A stretch of 62,720 bases of DNA, filler included, from Eubacteriales bacterium (GCA_045636665.1; 5 parts of 5 records of this genome joined end to end with filler, not necessarily neighbours in it); one strand, 5' to 3'; shown: positions 10,654 to 21,483, counted from the whole stretch's first letter. Translations and numbers: made by a program. Notes: a model not told the origin generated them from the sequence alone.

Positions 10654-12875
10654 ATGCTTTCGTGGAAGGTACGCACAATTACCTCGCGTTGCTGTTCACG
10701 AGAAAGCTTACAGAAATTAACCGCATAACCAGAAACTCTGATTGTAAGGTTCGGATATTCTTCGGGATTTTCATATGCTTTCATCAAGGTTTCGCGATTA
10801 AGCACGTTTACGTTGATATGGTGAGCTTTGTTGGCAAAATAACCGTCGAGAATAGAAACAAGGTTTTCGATTCTTTCATCCTCGCTTCTTCCGAGTGCTT
10901 CGGGAGTAATCGAAAAAGTATTGGAAATACCGTCTCTGCAATCGCTGTAATCAAGCTTTGCAACCGAGTTAAGCGAGGCAAGCGCGCCGTTCTTTTCTCG
11001 GTTGTGCATCGGATTTGCGCCGGGTGCAAAAGGTGCACCCGCAGGTCTTCCATCAGGAGTAGCGCCGGTATGCTTACCGTAAGCCACGTTAGAGGTAATA
11101 GTAAGCACAGATAAGGTGTGCTCTGCATCACGATAAGTCGGAGTCTTTCTGAGCTCGGTAATAACCTTGTGCGAAATCTCTTTGGCAATCAAATCGACTC
11201 TATCGTCGTCATTACCGTATTGAGGGAATTCGCCAATTGTTTCGAAATCAACGATATATCCGCGTTCATCCTTAATGGGACGCACGTTGGCAAACTTAAT
11301 TGCACTCAAAGAGTCGGCAACGACCGAAAGTCCAGCTATACCAAACGCCATAAAGCGATGAACGTCGGTATCATGCAAAGCCATTTGGATCTTTTCGTAT
11401 GCATACTTATCGTGCATATAGTGGATGATGTTCATTGTGTTAACGTACAGCTCGGAAAGCCATGCGATATATGTATCAAATCTTTCCGCAACCGTTTCGT
11501 AATCAAGCGCATTGCCGTCAAGAACCGACATTTGCGGACCGATATGAATGCCGCTTGTAGTGTCATAACCGCCGTTGATTGCAATAAGCAAAAGCTTTGC
11601 AAGATTACAACGCGCACCAAAGAACTGCATTTGTTTGCCGACCTTCATCGCAGAAACGCAACAAGCGATTGCATAGTCATCACCATATACAGGGCGCATA
11701 ATATCATCATTTTCATACTGAATCGAATCGGTGTCCGCAGAAACCTTCGCGCAGTATTTTTTGAAGCCTTCGGGAAGATCAACCGACCAAAGGACCGTAA
11801 GATTAGGTTCGGGAGAAGAGCCGAGAGTATAAAGTGTATTCAAAATACGGTAACTGCTCTTGGTAACAAGCGTTCTGCCGTCTTCGCCCATACCGCCAAC
11901 AGCTTCGGTTATCCACATCGGGTCACCGCCGAAAAGCTCGTTATATTCGGGCGTACGAAGATGACGCGCTATACGAAGCTTAATAACAAAATCATCAAGA
12001 ATTTCTTGCACTTCTTCCTCGGTAAGTGTACCGTTTGCAAGATCGCGTTCGAAATATATATCAAAGAAGGTGCTTACACGTCCCAAAGACATAGCTGCGC
12101 CGTTTTGTTCTTTAATAGCTCCGAGATATGCAAAATAGGTCCATTGAACAGCTTCGCGTGCGTTTGCAGCAGGGTTACTGATATCAAAACCATACATCAT
12201 TGCCATTTCTTTTAAATATCCAAGAAACGCAATTTGTCTGTACAATTCCTCATTAAGACGAATGGTATCGGTCTTAAAGTTTTTAATCGCCGCTTTATCT
12301 CTGCGCTTTTCTTCAATAAGACGGTCAACGCCGTAAAGTGCAACACGACGGTAATCGCCGATAATTCTGCCGCGACCGTATGCATCGGGCAAGCCGGTGA
12401 TAACGTGGCTCTTTCTTGCCGCGCGCATTTCATCGGTATAGGCGCGGAAAACACCATCGTTATGTGTGGTGCGATAACGGAATTCGTCTTCAACGTTGTC
12501 ACTTAATTTATAACCGTATGCTTCACAAGCTTGACGCACCATTCTGATACCACCAAAGGGGTTAACACCGCGCTTTAAGGGACGGTTTGTTTGCATACCG
12601 ACAATAATTTCGTTATTTTTATCTATATATCCGGGCGCATAGCTTGTAAGAGATGAAACTGTTGCAGTGTCGATATCAAGTACGCCGCCTTGTTGACGCT
12701 CAAGAGCAAACAAAAGGTCAACTTTTTTCATGATATTTTTAGTTCTATCGGTGGCTGCCGAAAGAAAAGATGAATCGCCTTTATATTCCTTGTAGTTTTG
12801 TTGGATAAAATCTCTTACGTTGATTTCGTCCTGCCAAACACCGGATTTAAAACCATTCCAATTAACGTGTTCCAT
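10650..12875 (-). CDS. pflB: Formate C-acetyltransferase (pyruvate formate-lyase)
   Basis: IACCVS active-site Cys pair, RVSGY glycyl-radical loop; ATG 12875 with GGAGG. Confidence 0.97.
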   Translation of the reverse strand: MEHVNWNGFKSGVWQDEINVRDFIQQNYKEYKGDSSFLSAATDRTKNIMKKVDLLFALERQQGGVLDIDTATVSSLTSYAPGYIDKNNEIIVGMQTNRPLKRGVNPFGGIRMVRQACEAYGYKLSDNVEDEFRYRTTHNDGVFRAYTDEMRAARKSHVITGLPDAYGRGRIIGDYRRVALYGVDRLIEEKRRDKAAIKNFKTDTIRLNEELYRQIAFLGYLKEMAMMYGFDISNPAANAREAVQWTYFAYLGAIKEQNGAAMSLGRVSTFFDIYFERDLANGTLTEEEVQEILDDFVIKLRIARHLRTPEYNELFGGDPMWITEAVGGMGEDGRTLVTKSSYRILNTLYTLGSSPEPNLTVLWSVDLPEGFKKYCAKVSADTDSIQYENDDIMRPVYGDDYAIACCVSAMKVGKQMQFFGARCNLAKLLLIAINGGYDTTSGIHIGPQMSVLDGNALDYETVAERFDTYIAWLSELYVNTMNIIHYMHDKYAYEKIQMALHDTDVHRFMAFGIAGLSVVADSLSAIKFANVRPIKDERGYIVDFETIGEFPQYGNDDDRVDLIAKEISHKVITELRKTPTYRDAEHTLSVLTITSNVAYGKHTGATPDGRPAGAPFAPGANPMHNREKNGALASLNSVAKLDYSDCRDGISNTFSITPEALGRSEDERIENLVSILDGYFANKAHHINVNVLNRETLMKAYENPEEYPNLTIRVSGYAVNFCKLSREQQREVIVRTFHESI

Positions 12876-12887
12876 AAAAATACCTCC

Positions 12888-12930
12888 AAAAAAACAAAAT
12901 AAGGCAAACCAGCTTTCACACTGATTTGCC
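12888..12930 (-). terminator. Riboswitch expression-platform terminator
   Basis: GGCAAATCAG-N8-CTGGTTTGCC followed by a U-rich tract; the 5' arm overlaps aptamer P3. Confidence 0.8.
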
Positions 12931-12999
12931 CAGACGGTCGGCATTATACTTTTACACTTCCCCGCAGTAATCTGCAATGTCCGTCAGTTATGTAAAAGC
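12926..12999 (-). ncRNA. ZMP/ZTP (pfl) riboswitch
   Basis: P1 CTTTTACAT/GTGTAAAAG, AACTGACG junction, P2 TGCAG/CTGCG, 3' GCCGACCGTCTGGGCA; GACG/CGTC pseudoknot; lies in the pflB leader. Confidence 0.9.
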
Positions 13000-13007
13000 T
13001 CAGTAAG

Positions 13008-13036
13008 ATTATAACCCATCTTTTGTTTTTTGTCAA
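13008..13036 (-). promoter_or_regulatory. SigA promoter of riboswitch-pflBA
   Basis: Perfect TTGACA-N17-TATAAT. Confidence 0.85.
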
Positions 13037-13063
13037 TTAAAAATATTCACAATTAAAAACAAT

Positions 13064-14383
13064 TCAACTTAAATCATTCAATGCATTTTTCATATTTAAC
13101 CGTTCTTCCTCGGTTTCTTTAACGCCAATTCCCGTAATCGGGTCATACATATGTTGGTAACAAAAAACAACCACACCTGCACATTCTTTTCGTGTTTTAA
13201 TATATTCAAGGCAGCGCTTTATAACGTCTTTATTATTCGTCCATTCGTCTTTCCCGCTTCCTGCATAATTATCAACACCGCTTTTGGCTTTGCCCAAAGT
13301 GATCCCTGCGTATAATTTAACGTTGTCATTTTTAATAATACTGTTCCAGATGTTATAGACCTTAACAAAATCGTGCGTTTGATGTTCCAACCCAAAATAT
13401 ATTTGCGGACAAATATAATCAATATATCCGTCTTCCGAACACCATTTATAAACATCGGTATAAAGATCGTTATACGTGTTTTCAATATTTCCCGCAGGAC
13501 TAATACCAAACAACTGATTTTTACCAACCGATTTTACAGCGCTGTAAATGTCACTTACCATAATGTCAAGCATTTCATTTCTGAACTTGCGAAGGTCTTT
13601 CGTTCCGCCGTTGTTTTTATATTCGTTATATGCATCGGCATCGAAGGATTTATCCTTGGTTGGGTAAAAGTAATCATCAATATGAACGCCGTCGATATCA
13701 TACATTTCCGCCACTTCCCTTGCACCCGAAGCGATGAGCTTGCGAACCTCTTCATACGCAGGGTTAAGATAAAATCGGCCGTCAACCTCAACGATAAATT
13801 TGCCGTTCTTATCAGGATCGTTATACCATTGTTTTATCGGATATTCATCGGAAACACTGACAATCTCCTTGCTTTTCATTCCGCGCATAGGATTTATCCA
13901 AGCATGTACGGATAAACCTACGTCTTTTGCAAGATCAACTATAATTCCGAAGGGATCGTATTCCAAATTGCTTATAAAATCACCGTTAACGTAGTTGGAT
14001 ATCGGAAAATAGATGCTTGGGTAAAAGGAATCTGCATAAGGCCTTGCTTGAACAATTACAGTGTTATAACCATCGGTTTTTACGTTATTTAAAAGCGTTT
14101 TAAATAACGATTTAAATGATTTCTCATCTCTCTGTTTTCCGTTGACTTTTAAAATCCCCGACATATCAAATTGTGTAATCCAAACCGCCTTCATAAATTC
14201 TCGGTCCTCGCTGTCAGCACTTGATTCTTCACTTGTTTCACTGAATATTTCGGAGTTGTCAGAACCGTCTGTATCGCTTGCAATAAAATCGTTTGGGCTG
14301 TCCTCGATAATTTCAACCGATTCAGTCGCGCAAGAGCATAAAAATATTGATATTAAAAGCAAAAGCACTGTAAGTCTTTTCAT
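13064..14383 (-). CDS. GHL10/DUF187-family glycoside hydrolase lipoprotein
   Basis: Lipobox LCSC; KAVWI, HAWINP, DGVHIDDYFYP, GISPAG, PQIY motifs. Confidence 0.85.
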   Translation of the reverse strand: MKRLTVLLLLISIFLCSCATESVEIIEDSPNDFIASDTDGSDNSEIFSETSEESSADSEDREFMKAVWITQFDMSGILKVNGKQRDEKSFKSLFKTLLNNVKTDGYNTVIVQARPYADSFYPSIYFPISNYVNGDFISNLEYDPFGIIVDLAKDVGLSVHAWINPMRGMKSKEIVSVSDEYPIKQWYNDPDKNGKFIVEVDGRFYLNPAYEEVRKLIASGAREVAEMYDIDGVHIDDYFYPTKDKSFDADAYNEYKNNGGTKDLRKFRNEMLDIMVSDIYSAVKSVGKNQLFGISPAGNIENTYNDLYTDVYKWCSEDGYIDYICPQIYFGLEHQTHDFVKVYNIWNSIIKNDNVKLYAGITLGKAKSGVDNYAGSGKDEWTNNKDVIKRCLEYIKTRKECAGVVVFCYQHMYDPITGIGVKETEEERLNMKNALNDLS

Positions 14384-14410
14384 ATTAAACTCCTCAGATA
14401 ACATATTTAA

Positions 14411-14439
14411 ATTATATTGTTATTGTCGAAATATGTCAA
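14411..14439 (-). promoter_or_regulatory. SigA promoter
   Basis: Perfect TTGACA-N17-TATAAT. Confidence 0.75.
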
Positions 14440-14496
14440 TATTAAATAAAGAAGTGCCAATTGGCACTTCTTATAAGCTCTGTTAAAATTAAAAGT

Positions 14497-15948
14497 TTAA
14501 TGTGTATCGTCATCAAATTTGGGCTTGACCTTGTAAAAATCAAGTATGGGTAACAAAACCAAAGCCGTAAGACCTGCGGTAAAACCGCCGTTGTAAAGAA
14601 CAAAACCGCCGTGCATATTTGCGGTTGACGTGCAAATAACAGCGCTTAAAAATCCTGCTATTACACCGACAAGCTTGCCGTATTTACCGCTGAATGCACA
14701 CAAGCCCGTTGCAAAAGCAAGACCGTTTATATATGCTTGAGTAGATAATGTCCAAGGAATATCCATATTGAGAATCGCGCATATTCCGCAAACAACAAAG
14801 AACAACACCGCATAACCGACAACTATCGGGGCTACAGTACGTGGCTGTTGTCCATCAGCAGAAAAGGTCAATGCCGCAAAAACAACTCCTACAGTAGGAC
14901 CTGTAAATCCTACACCTTGAGGAAGGAAATCGAAAAATTCGGGTAGAATAAAAATCGTGTTTAAATATGCAAGTATGCAAAAACCGTAAATGCCGAAATT
15001 AATTAAGCATACCGACATACCAAATTTATCAACAAAATCGACACCGTAGCTTACGCTTCTGAAAAGCTCCTTAAAGCCTCTGAAGCTGTATCTGTTAAGA
15101 ATAAAGCCGATAATGATTGCCGAGGTGAACAGTATTGCAAAAAATACGTTCATAAAACCGCGATATGCATATTTTAAAGCATAATATGCATCGTTTTCGA
15201 TAACAAGCGGTTCGGGAGCATCGATTCCCAAAGAAGTATATAAGAAAGAATAAACGAAAATACCGAGAATGCCTATCGCCAAGCCCGCTTTAAACATATT
15301 AAAGCCTCGGTGCATTTTTGTTGTACCGGGAAGCAGCGCAGGAACAACGAAGCCTGCGGCAAGACCGAATAGAATCGCAATTATAACGCCCAATACAGTG
15401 GCTCTCGGCTCGGTTGCAACAAATTCTTCATTAATCGTATATCTGAAAATAAAATCGCTTATAAACGGACCCAATGCAGTCGAAAACAAAGCGACGTGCA
15501 CATATTCCTTGAAACGCTTTTTGCGAACGATACAAAACAGTAATACACCGAAAACCGTAGGCCACATATTGAGGAAATTAAGGCCGTAAAATCCGTGGGC
15601 AATTACCAACATATATCCCGCAAGAGTGGTAGCTTTGGCCTTTACTTTACTGAGAAATATCAAAGCGTTCGCCGCAAGTCCGCAGATAGCGGCATTAAAG
15701 AACGTACTGCCAAACCCTCCAAGCGCAAAATAATCCGTAACAAGCTTTGAAGGCGAGGTGATAATTTTAATCAAATTATGCCAAAAATCGACCTCATTGC
15801 TATAAAAAATTGCAATCGGAGTTGTAATAAAGAACAGCACCGTTACATAAAGCGTAAAAAGACTAATGACCTTATGCGCATTTTTTGAATGATGTTCCTC
15901 GGCATCAAACGCCGAAATATGATGCGTTAGTTCGTGTGTAAAATCCAT
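14497..15948 (-). CDS. DUF1576-family multi-pass membrane protein
   Basis: LVTDYF..GG motif; duplicated halves (HRGFNMFKAG / HGGFVLYNGG); many TM segments. Confidence 0.75.
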   Translation of the reverse strand: MDFTHELTHHISAFDAEEHHSKNAHKVISLFTLYVTVLFFITTPIAIFYSNEVDFWHNLIKIITSPSKLVTDYFALGGFGSTFFNAAICGLAANALIFLSKVKAKATTLAGYMLVIAHGFYGLNFLNMWPTVFGVLLFCIVRKKRFKEYVHVALFSTALGPFISDFIFRYTINEEFVATEPRATVLGVIIAILFGLAAGFVVPALLPGTTKMHRGFNMFKAGLAIGILGIFVYSFLYTSLGIDAPEPLVIENDAYYALKYAYRGFMNVFFAILFTSAIIIGFILNRYSFRGFKELFRSVSYGVDFVDKFGMSVCLINFGIYGFCILAYLNTIFILPEFFDFLPQGVGFTGPTVGVVFAALTFSADGQQPRTVAPIVVGYAVLFFVVCGICAILNMDIPWTLSTQAYINGLAFATGLCAFSGKYGKLVGVIAGFLSAVICTSTANMHGGFVLYNGGFTAGLTALVLLPILDFYKVKPKFDDDTH

Positions 15949-16135
15949 ACAATAACTATCCCAATATTATTATAGTAAGAATATAACAGACACGAAAGCA
16001 TAACGCAATGTCAAAATTTTAATATAATTAAGGATATTTATTAAAATTATTGTCGTTTTTTCATATTATTTATGCTTTTTAGCCTTTATAAAGAGAAAAT
16101 TAGAAACGAATATTTTATCCCGAAACCAAAGATAT

Positions 16136-16169
16136 AAAAAAGACGATTGATTAACCAATCGTCTTTTTT
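16136..16169 (-). terminator. Terminator after tRNA-Arg
   Basis: AAAAAAGACGATTG...CAATCGTCTTTTTT inverted repeat. Confidence 0.8.
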
Positions 16170-16170
16170 A

Positions 16171-16246
16171 TGGCCCGCCCTAAGGGATTTGAACCCCCGG
16201 CCTACGGAATCGGAATCCGTTGCTCTATCCGCTGAGCTAAGGGCGG
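16171..16246 (-). tRNA. tRNA-Arg(CCG)
   Basis: Cloverleaf CCGCCCT/AGGGCGG acceptor stem, anticodon arm ACGGA-TTCCGAT-TCCGT, GGTTCAAATCC T-arm, encoded CCA. Confidence 0.95.
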
Positions 16247-16656
16247 TTTTTATTCTTATATGAATAAATATAATACATTAACCAAAATACAAGAGCTATA
16301 AGAACGAATATTATCGAAAGCATCGCAGTAACAATGCCGTCAAGAGGACTTTTTCCGTTGGAAAAGATATAAATTACCTCGGAAATCAAAACACCCATAA
16401 ACGAAGGGATTGTGACCGAGAAAATGTCGATAAATGCAAATTTACGGATTTTAAAGACTCTGTATTTCTTGATATAACTTAACGAAATCCAAAACGGGAT
16501 AGTATATATGCACGCGATTGGCATTAACGAAAGAACAACATAAAGAAACGCGTTTTCTACATTGATAATTTGCGAAAATATCGAATAAAGCGGTGATAGT
16601 AAGAAACAAAACACCGCTTTAATAATCAATATTTGCTTTGAATAAAGTTTATCCAT
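16237..16656 (-). CDS. Small 4-TM membrane protein
   Basis: Four hydrophobic segments; ATG overlaps the end of the upstream ligase; stop codon lies inside tRNA-Arg. Confidence 0.65.
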   Translation of the reverse strand: MDKLYSKQILIIKAVFCFLLSPLYSIFSQIINVENAFLYVVLSLMPIACIYTIPFWISLSYIKKYRVFKIRKFAFIDIFSVTIPSFMGVLISEVIYIFSNGKSPLDGIVTAMLSIIFVLIALVFWLMYYIYSYKNKNRP

Positions 16657-18301
16657 TATTTTCGTTTTTTCTGATGGTAGAGCGCTTGATTTTTCCGCTG
16701 ATAGTTTTGGGAAGTTCTTCGACAAACTCAACTATTCTGGGATATTTATAAGGCGCAGTAACCTTTTTAACGTGGTTTTGGATTTCTTTTTTCAATTCTT
16801 CGCTTGCAACAAATCCCTTTGCAAGAACGATTGTAGCTTTTACAACCTGACCGCGTACGGGATCGGGCGCTGCAGTAACGGCACATTCAAGAACCGAAGG
16901 GTGTGTCATAAGCGCACTCTCAACCTCGAAAGGACCGATTCTGTAACCAGAGCACTTAATAACGTCGTCATTTCTGCCAACGAACCAATAATATCCTTCG
17001 GCATCACGCCAAGCAGTGTCACCTGTATTATATGAATCGTTAGTGAATGCACGGGCATTTGCCGCATCATCCTCCTGATAACCTTGGAAAAGACCTGCAG
17101 GATAATGCTTCGAAAGGTTCTTGATAACGATAGAGCCAACAATACCGTCTTCGCAAGAATTGCCGTTTTCATCGACAATGTCAATATCAAAATCGGGAGA
17201 GGGCTTACCCGTAGAACCGGGTTTGATTTCAATGCCGTCGTAATTTGCAAGAAGAACGGGGGTTTCGGTTTGACCGAAGCCTTCGGTTAAAGTTAAACCG
17301 GTGAGCTCTTTAAACTTATAAAATACTTCGGGATTTAAGGGCTCACCTGCGATACAGCAGTGCTTTATTGACGAAAAATCGTATTTGCTTATATCTTCTT
17401 TAATAAGAAAACGGAAAATCGTGGGAGGCGCACAGAACGTTGTAAGCTTAATTTCTTGAATAAGCTCAAGGGTATTCTTTGCATCGAACTTTGTGTTATC
17501 ATAAGCAACGATTACCGCGCCACAAATCCATTGGCCGTAGATTTTGCCCCAAGCAAACTTTGCCCAACCTGAATCGGACATTGTAAGATGAAGCTTGCCT
17601 TCCTCTGTATGTTGCCAGTATTTTGCGGTAAGGATATGTCCGATAGGATATGCATAATTATGCAAAATCATTTTTGGCATACCTGTAGTACCGGAGGAAA
17701 AATACAAAAGCATAGGGTCGGTAGTTTCATTATAAATACGAGCTAATTCATCCGAATATTCGCAATAGGTATTGCGGAAATCGATAAAGCCCTCGGGAAT
17801 ATTTTCACCGACGATTGCGATTTTATCAAGTGTATTGCAGTCGTTTCTAGCTTCGTTGATTGCTTTAATAATCTGTTCGTCATCGACTGCGACAATCATT
17901 TTAACCTGCGCAGCATTACAACGGTAGACGATGTCTTTTGTAGTAAGCTGATACGTAGCAGGTATACAAACAGCGCCTATCTTACAAAGTGCAAGAATAC
18001 AAATCCATGCCTCTGCTCTCTGTTTGAGCATAAACATAACTTTGTCGCCTTTTTTAATACCGTTGCTAATGAAAAAGTTTGCCGCCTTATTAGAAAGTAA
18101 ACGAAGATCCTCAAAGGTGTACATTTTTCTTGTACCAAAATCATCGCAATACAACAAAGCAGGCTTATTTTTATCCTGTTCGGCCCAACTGTCAACGACG
18201 TCATAAGCAAAGTTAAACTTATCCGGTACGTTTACTTTATAATTTTGTTTAAAGTCTTCATAAGAATCAAATTCGATTCTCGGCAAAAATTTTTCTAACA
18301 T
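16649..18301 (-). CDS. AMP-forming acyl-CoA synthetase (acetyl/medium-chain CoA ligase family)
   Basis: YFSSGTTGMPK, EGFGQTET, TGD, GRNDD and PKTISGKI adenylation motifs. Confidence 0.92.
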   Translation of the reverse strand: MLEKFLPRIEFDSYEDFKQNYKVNVPDKFNFAYDVVDSWAEQDKNKPALLYCDDFGTRKMYTFEDLRLLSNKAANFFISNGIKKGDKVMFMLKQRAEAWICILALCKIGAVCIPATYQLTTKDIVYRCNAAQVKMIVAVDDEQIIKAINEARNDCNTLDKIAIVGENIPEGFIDFRNTYCEYSDELARIYNETTDPMLLYFSSGTTGMPKMILHNYAYPIGHILTAKYWQHTEEGKLHLTMSDSGWAKFAWGKIYGQWICGAVIVAYDNTKFDAKNTLELIQEIKLTTFCAPPTIFRFLIKEDISKYDFSSIKHCCIAGEPLNPEVFYKFKELTGLTLTEGFGQTETPVLLANYDGIEIKPGSTGKPSPDFDIDIVDENGNSCEDGIVGSIVIKNLSKHYPAGLFQGYQEDDAANARAFTNDSYNTGDTAWRDAEGYYWFVGRNDDVIKCSGYRIGPFEVESALMTHPSVLECAVTAAPDPVRGQVVKATIVLAKGFVASEELKKEIQNHVKKVTAPYKYPRIVEFVEELPKTISGKIKRSTIRKNENNG

Positions 18302-18337
18302 AACGTCTTACCTAATTATTTGACCTAAATTAATAGG

Positions 18338-18829
18338 TTAATCCTCAATAATACGAATAGTTTTGATAACTTGGTCTTCAAGGGGCTTGTCATTAAAATT
18401 GGTTCTTACGGAAGCGATTTCATCTACAACATCAATGCCGTCGATAGTTTTACCGAACGCGGCATACTGACCGTCAAGAAAAGTACTGTCAGCATGGCAA
18501 ATAAAGAATTGGCTTCCCGCGCTGTCATAGCTCATCGAACGAGCCATAGAAATGACGCCGCGCTTATGCGAAATATTGTTTTCAACGCCGTTAATTGCAA
18601 ATTCGCCCTTTATTGTATAACCGGGGCCGCCTGTTCCGATGCCGTTGGGGTCGCCGCCTTGAATCATAAAACCTGCGATTACACGGTGGAAAATCAATCC
18701 GTCATAAAATTTTTCGTTTGCTAATTTAACAAAATTTTCAACGGTTATGGGAGCGACGTCGTGATAAAGCTCAAGCTTAATCGTACCGCCGTTTTCCATT
18801 TCTATTTCTGCATATACAATATCTTTCAT
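18338..18829 (-). CDS. Cyclophilin-type peptidyl-prolyl isomerase
   Basis: FHRVIAGFMIQGGDP, SMAR, GSQFFI, LDGQYAAFG. Confidence 0.95.
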   Translation of the reverse strand: MKDIVYAEIEMENGGTIKLELYHDVAPITVENFVKLANEKFYDGLIFHRVIAGFMIQGGDPNGIGTGGPGYTIKGEFAINGVENNISHKRGVISMARSMSYDSAGSQFFICHADSTFLDGQYAAFGKTIDGIDVVDEIASVRTNFNDKPLEDQVIKTIRIIED

Positions 18830-18855
18830 AATGACCGTCCTTTAGAATTATTGAA

Positions 18856-18888
18856 AAAAGCCGAACACTGTTACAGTGTTCGGCTTTT
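18856..18888 (-). terminator. Terminator after tRNA-Lys
   Basis: AAAAGCCGAACACTG-TTA-CAGTGTTCGGCTTTT. Confidence 0.8.
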
Positions 18889-18963
18889 GGTGATCCATCG
18901 GAGAATCGAACTCCGGACACCATGATTAAAAGTCATGTGCTCTACCGGCTGAGCTAATGGATC
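18888..18963 (-). tRNA. tRNA-Lys(UUU)
   Basis: GATCCAT/ATGGATC acceptor stem, CATGA-CTTTTAA-TCATG anticodon arm, GTTCGATTC T-loop, CCA end. Confidence 0.95.
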
Positions 18964-19079
18964 GTCTGCAACCGCAGAATAGAATAACACATAGCACTGC
19001 AAAATGTCAATAGCAAATTGCAAAAATTATTGTTATTTTTGAAAAATTATTTGTCTATTTTTATTTCTATTAATAAAAA

Positions 19080-19697
19080 TTAATAAAATCTAAAATTGGC
19101 AATTACTTTGCCTAACACGAACACCTCTTTGGCGTAAATCGGTTGCATTGTATGGTTCGCAGGTTGAAGACGTATTCTGCCGTTATCTTTGTAAAAGCGT
19201 TTAACGGTCGCTTCATCGTCAATCATTGCAACAATGATTTCACCGTCATCGGCATACCGTTTGCTTTCTACAACGACAATATCGCCGTCAAGGATACCCG
19301 CTTCTATCATACTTTCGCCCATAACGCGCAGCGCAAACAAATTCGCTTTGCCGCGCGCCATAGTAACCGGAAAATCAACAAAGCCATCATAATTCTCAAC
19401 AGCGAGAATAGGTTGACCGGCAGTAACCTTACCGATTATAGGTACCTTTTTCATTTTGGAGGATTCGCTCGACATACCCGATTCAAGAGTCAACGCACGG
19501 CTTTTACCGGAAGATTTTTTAATATATCCCTTATTTTCAAGTCTGCGAAGATACTCGTGAACCGAAGAAGTGGATTTTATACCAACAGCGGAACAAATAT
19601 CTCTAACCGAAGGCGCATAACCATTTTTTTCAATGCAATCATTTATATAATCATATACGTCTTTCTCTTTTTGAGTAAGTTCGACCATTGTTTTCAC
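19080..19697 (-). CDS. lexA: SOS repressor LexA
   Basis: wHTH (PSVRDIC), Ala-Gly cleavage site VTAGQP, catalytic GESM and ATVK. Confidence 0.95.
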   Translation of the reverse strand: MKTMVELTQKEKDVYDYINDCIEKNGYAPSVRDICSAVGIKSTSSVHEYLRRLENKGYIKKSSGKSRALTLESGMSSESSKMKKVPIIGKVTAGQPILAVENYDGFVDFPVTMARGKANLFALRVMGESMIEAGILDGDIVVVESKRYADDGEIIVAMIDDEATVKRFYKDNGRIRLQPANHTMQPIYAKEVFVLGKVIANFRFY

Positions 19698-20098
19698 TCC
19701 TCTTTTATTTTAGATTTTTCAATAGCAAACTTTAAAAGCTCTTTTGCGCGTTCATGTTTACCCGATATGTAAAAATAACCGTAAAGACATTCAAGACCCG
19801 TAGCGCGTCTGTAATCGATTGCATTTGCACTTTTAGAATGGTGGGTATTACGAGCATTTCGCCCCGTTTTGTAAAACCAAAGCTCGGTTTCATCGAGCAT
19901 ATCGATCATAATTCCGATAAGCTTGCTTTGAGAAACCGCCGTAATGATTTCCTTAATATCTTCATTTAGCTTTGAAACCAGACAGTCCCCATCGTTAATT
20001 ACGTATTCGCGTGCAAGCGTTTCAAAAAACGAATCGCCCATATACGCAAGTACGAGCGGACTGTAGTTGCGTTTTATAAACTCTAAGCTCTTTTCCAT
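19694..20098 (-). CDS. mrnC: Mini-ribonuclease III
   Basis: LAYMGDS, GRNA, YRRATGLE motifs; follows cysS. Confidence 0.9.
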   Translation of the reverse strand: MEKSLEFIKRNYSPLVLAYMGDSFFETLAREYVINDGDCLVSKLNEDIKEIITAVSQSKLIGIMIDMLDETELWFYKTGRNARNTHHSKSANAIDYRRATGLECLYGYFYISGKHERAKELLKFAIEKSKIKEE

Positions 20099-21474
20099 TT
20101 TACGCCTTGACGAGTATCTTCAAGTATAATTCCCTTTTCAAGGAGCTCGTTTCTGATCGCATCCGCTTCGGCAAAATTCTTTGCCTTTTTTGCCTCGGTA
20201 CGTTTAGCAATCATTTCTTCGATATATTCAATATCATCATCCTTGCTTTCGTTACCAAAGCCAAGCAATTCGCAAAGAGAAACGTATATTTCTTTTACCG
20301 AAGAAATATATTCGTTAGATACTCGATTTGTAATTACGCTGTTTATATCTCTGGTCATTTCAAATAAATAACCGATAGCATCCGCGGTGTTAAGATCGTC
20401 ATCCATCGCATCGATAAAGGATTGCTTTTTGCTATACAAAAATTCAATGCTTTCCTTTTCGCGTTCGGAAATTTCACCCGAAGCATTCTTTTCCGCAAAG
20501 TCAATATTTACCAAGCAATTGGTAATACGTTCCACAGCCGCCAACGCTTGCAAAAGAATATCATCGCTATAGTTTATAGGGCTTCTGTAATGAGAAGAAA
20601 GCAGGAAGAAACGAACAGCCTTATAGCCGTATTTTCCTGCCGCGTCGCGCACAAGGAAAAAGTTGCCTGCAGATTTGCTCATTTTTTTATTATCAACGTT
20701 TATATGACCGTTATGCAACCAAAAGCGAGCCAAAGTGCAACCGGTTGCGCATTCACTTTGCGCGATTTCATTTTCATGGTGAGGGAAAATAAGGTCAACA
20801 CCGCCGCCGTGTATATCAATATCGGTACCAAGGTACTTATTAACCATAGCGGAGCATTCGATATGCCAACCGGGACGGCCTTCACCCCAAGGAGATTGCC
20901 ACGAAATTTCGCCCTCCTCTTTTTTGCCCTTCCACAAAGCAAAGTCAAAAGGATGTTTTTTAATCTCGTTTACGTCGATACGGGCGCCTGCTTCAAGCTC
21001 ATCCATATTGTGATGCGACAACTTGCCGTACTCCGAATCGCTTTGCGAATCGAAATAAACGTCGTTACCCGAAACGTAAGCATGACCTTTTTCGATAAGG
21101 CTTTGAACAATTTCTATAATCTTATCGATGTTTTCGGTAGCGCGCGGATGAATCGTCGCGTCATTAACGCCAAGACCGTGAGCGTCGGTAAAATATTCAT
21201 TAATATATTTTTCGGCTATTTCGGGAACGGTGCAGGAATTTTCCTTAGCTGCGCGAATGAGTTTATCATCAACGTCTGTGAAATTCTGAACGAAAGTAAC
21301 CTTATTACCGCGATATTCAAGATATCTGCGTAACATATCAAAAACTACAAAACAACGAGCATTGCCGATGTGGAAATAGTTGTACACTGTAGGTCCGCAG
21401 ACATACATCTTAACTTCACCATTGCGAACAACAAAATCTTCTTTTTGTCTTGTAAGTGTATTAAAAAGTTTCAT
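20083..21474 (-). CDS. cysS: Cysteine--tRNA ligase
   Basis: CGPTVY, HIGN, GRPGWHIEC, KMSKS. Confidence 0.98.
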   Translation of the reverse strand: MKLFNTLTRQKEDFVVRNGEVKMYVCGPTVYNYFHIGNARCFVVFDMLRRYLEYRGNKVTFVQNFTDVDDKLIRAAKENSCTVPEIAEKYINEYFTDAHGLGVNDATIHPRATENIDKIIEIVQSLIEKGHAYVSGNDVYFDSQSDSEYGKLSHHNMDELEAGARIDVNEIKKHPFDFALWKGKKEEGEISWQSPWGEGRPGWHIECSAMVNKYLGTDIDIHGGGVDLIFPHHENEIAQSECATGCTLARFWLHNGHINVDNKKMSKSAGNFFLVRDAAGKYGYKAVRFFLLSSHYRSPINYSDDILLQALAAVERITNCLVNIDFAEKNASGEISEREKESIEFLYSKKQSFIDAMDDDLNTADAIGYLFEMTRDINSVITNRVSNEYISSVKEIYVSLCELLGFGNESKDDDIEYIEEMIAKRTEAKKAKNFAEADAIRNELLEKGIILEDTRQGVKWKRA

Positions 21475-21483
21475 AAACGCCTC

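Noticed and set aside
11118..12215. Long antisense ORFs (also 5710-6645, 20422-21333, 24917-25927, 28395-29576, 40929-42140, 42362-43282, 51520-52737)
   Set aside because: Shadows of well-supported genes on the opposite strand; no recognisable motifs or expression signals
12876..12977. N-terminal extension of PflB in the ORF track
   Set aside because: Runs through the riboswitch and terminator; true start is ATG 12875 with GGAGG
18860..18885. GAAC...GTTC palindrome near lexA as an SOS box
   Set aside because: Spacing is not N4; it is the terminator stem directly after tRNA-Lys
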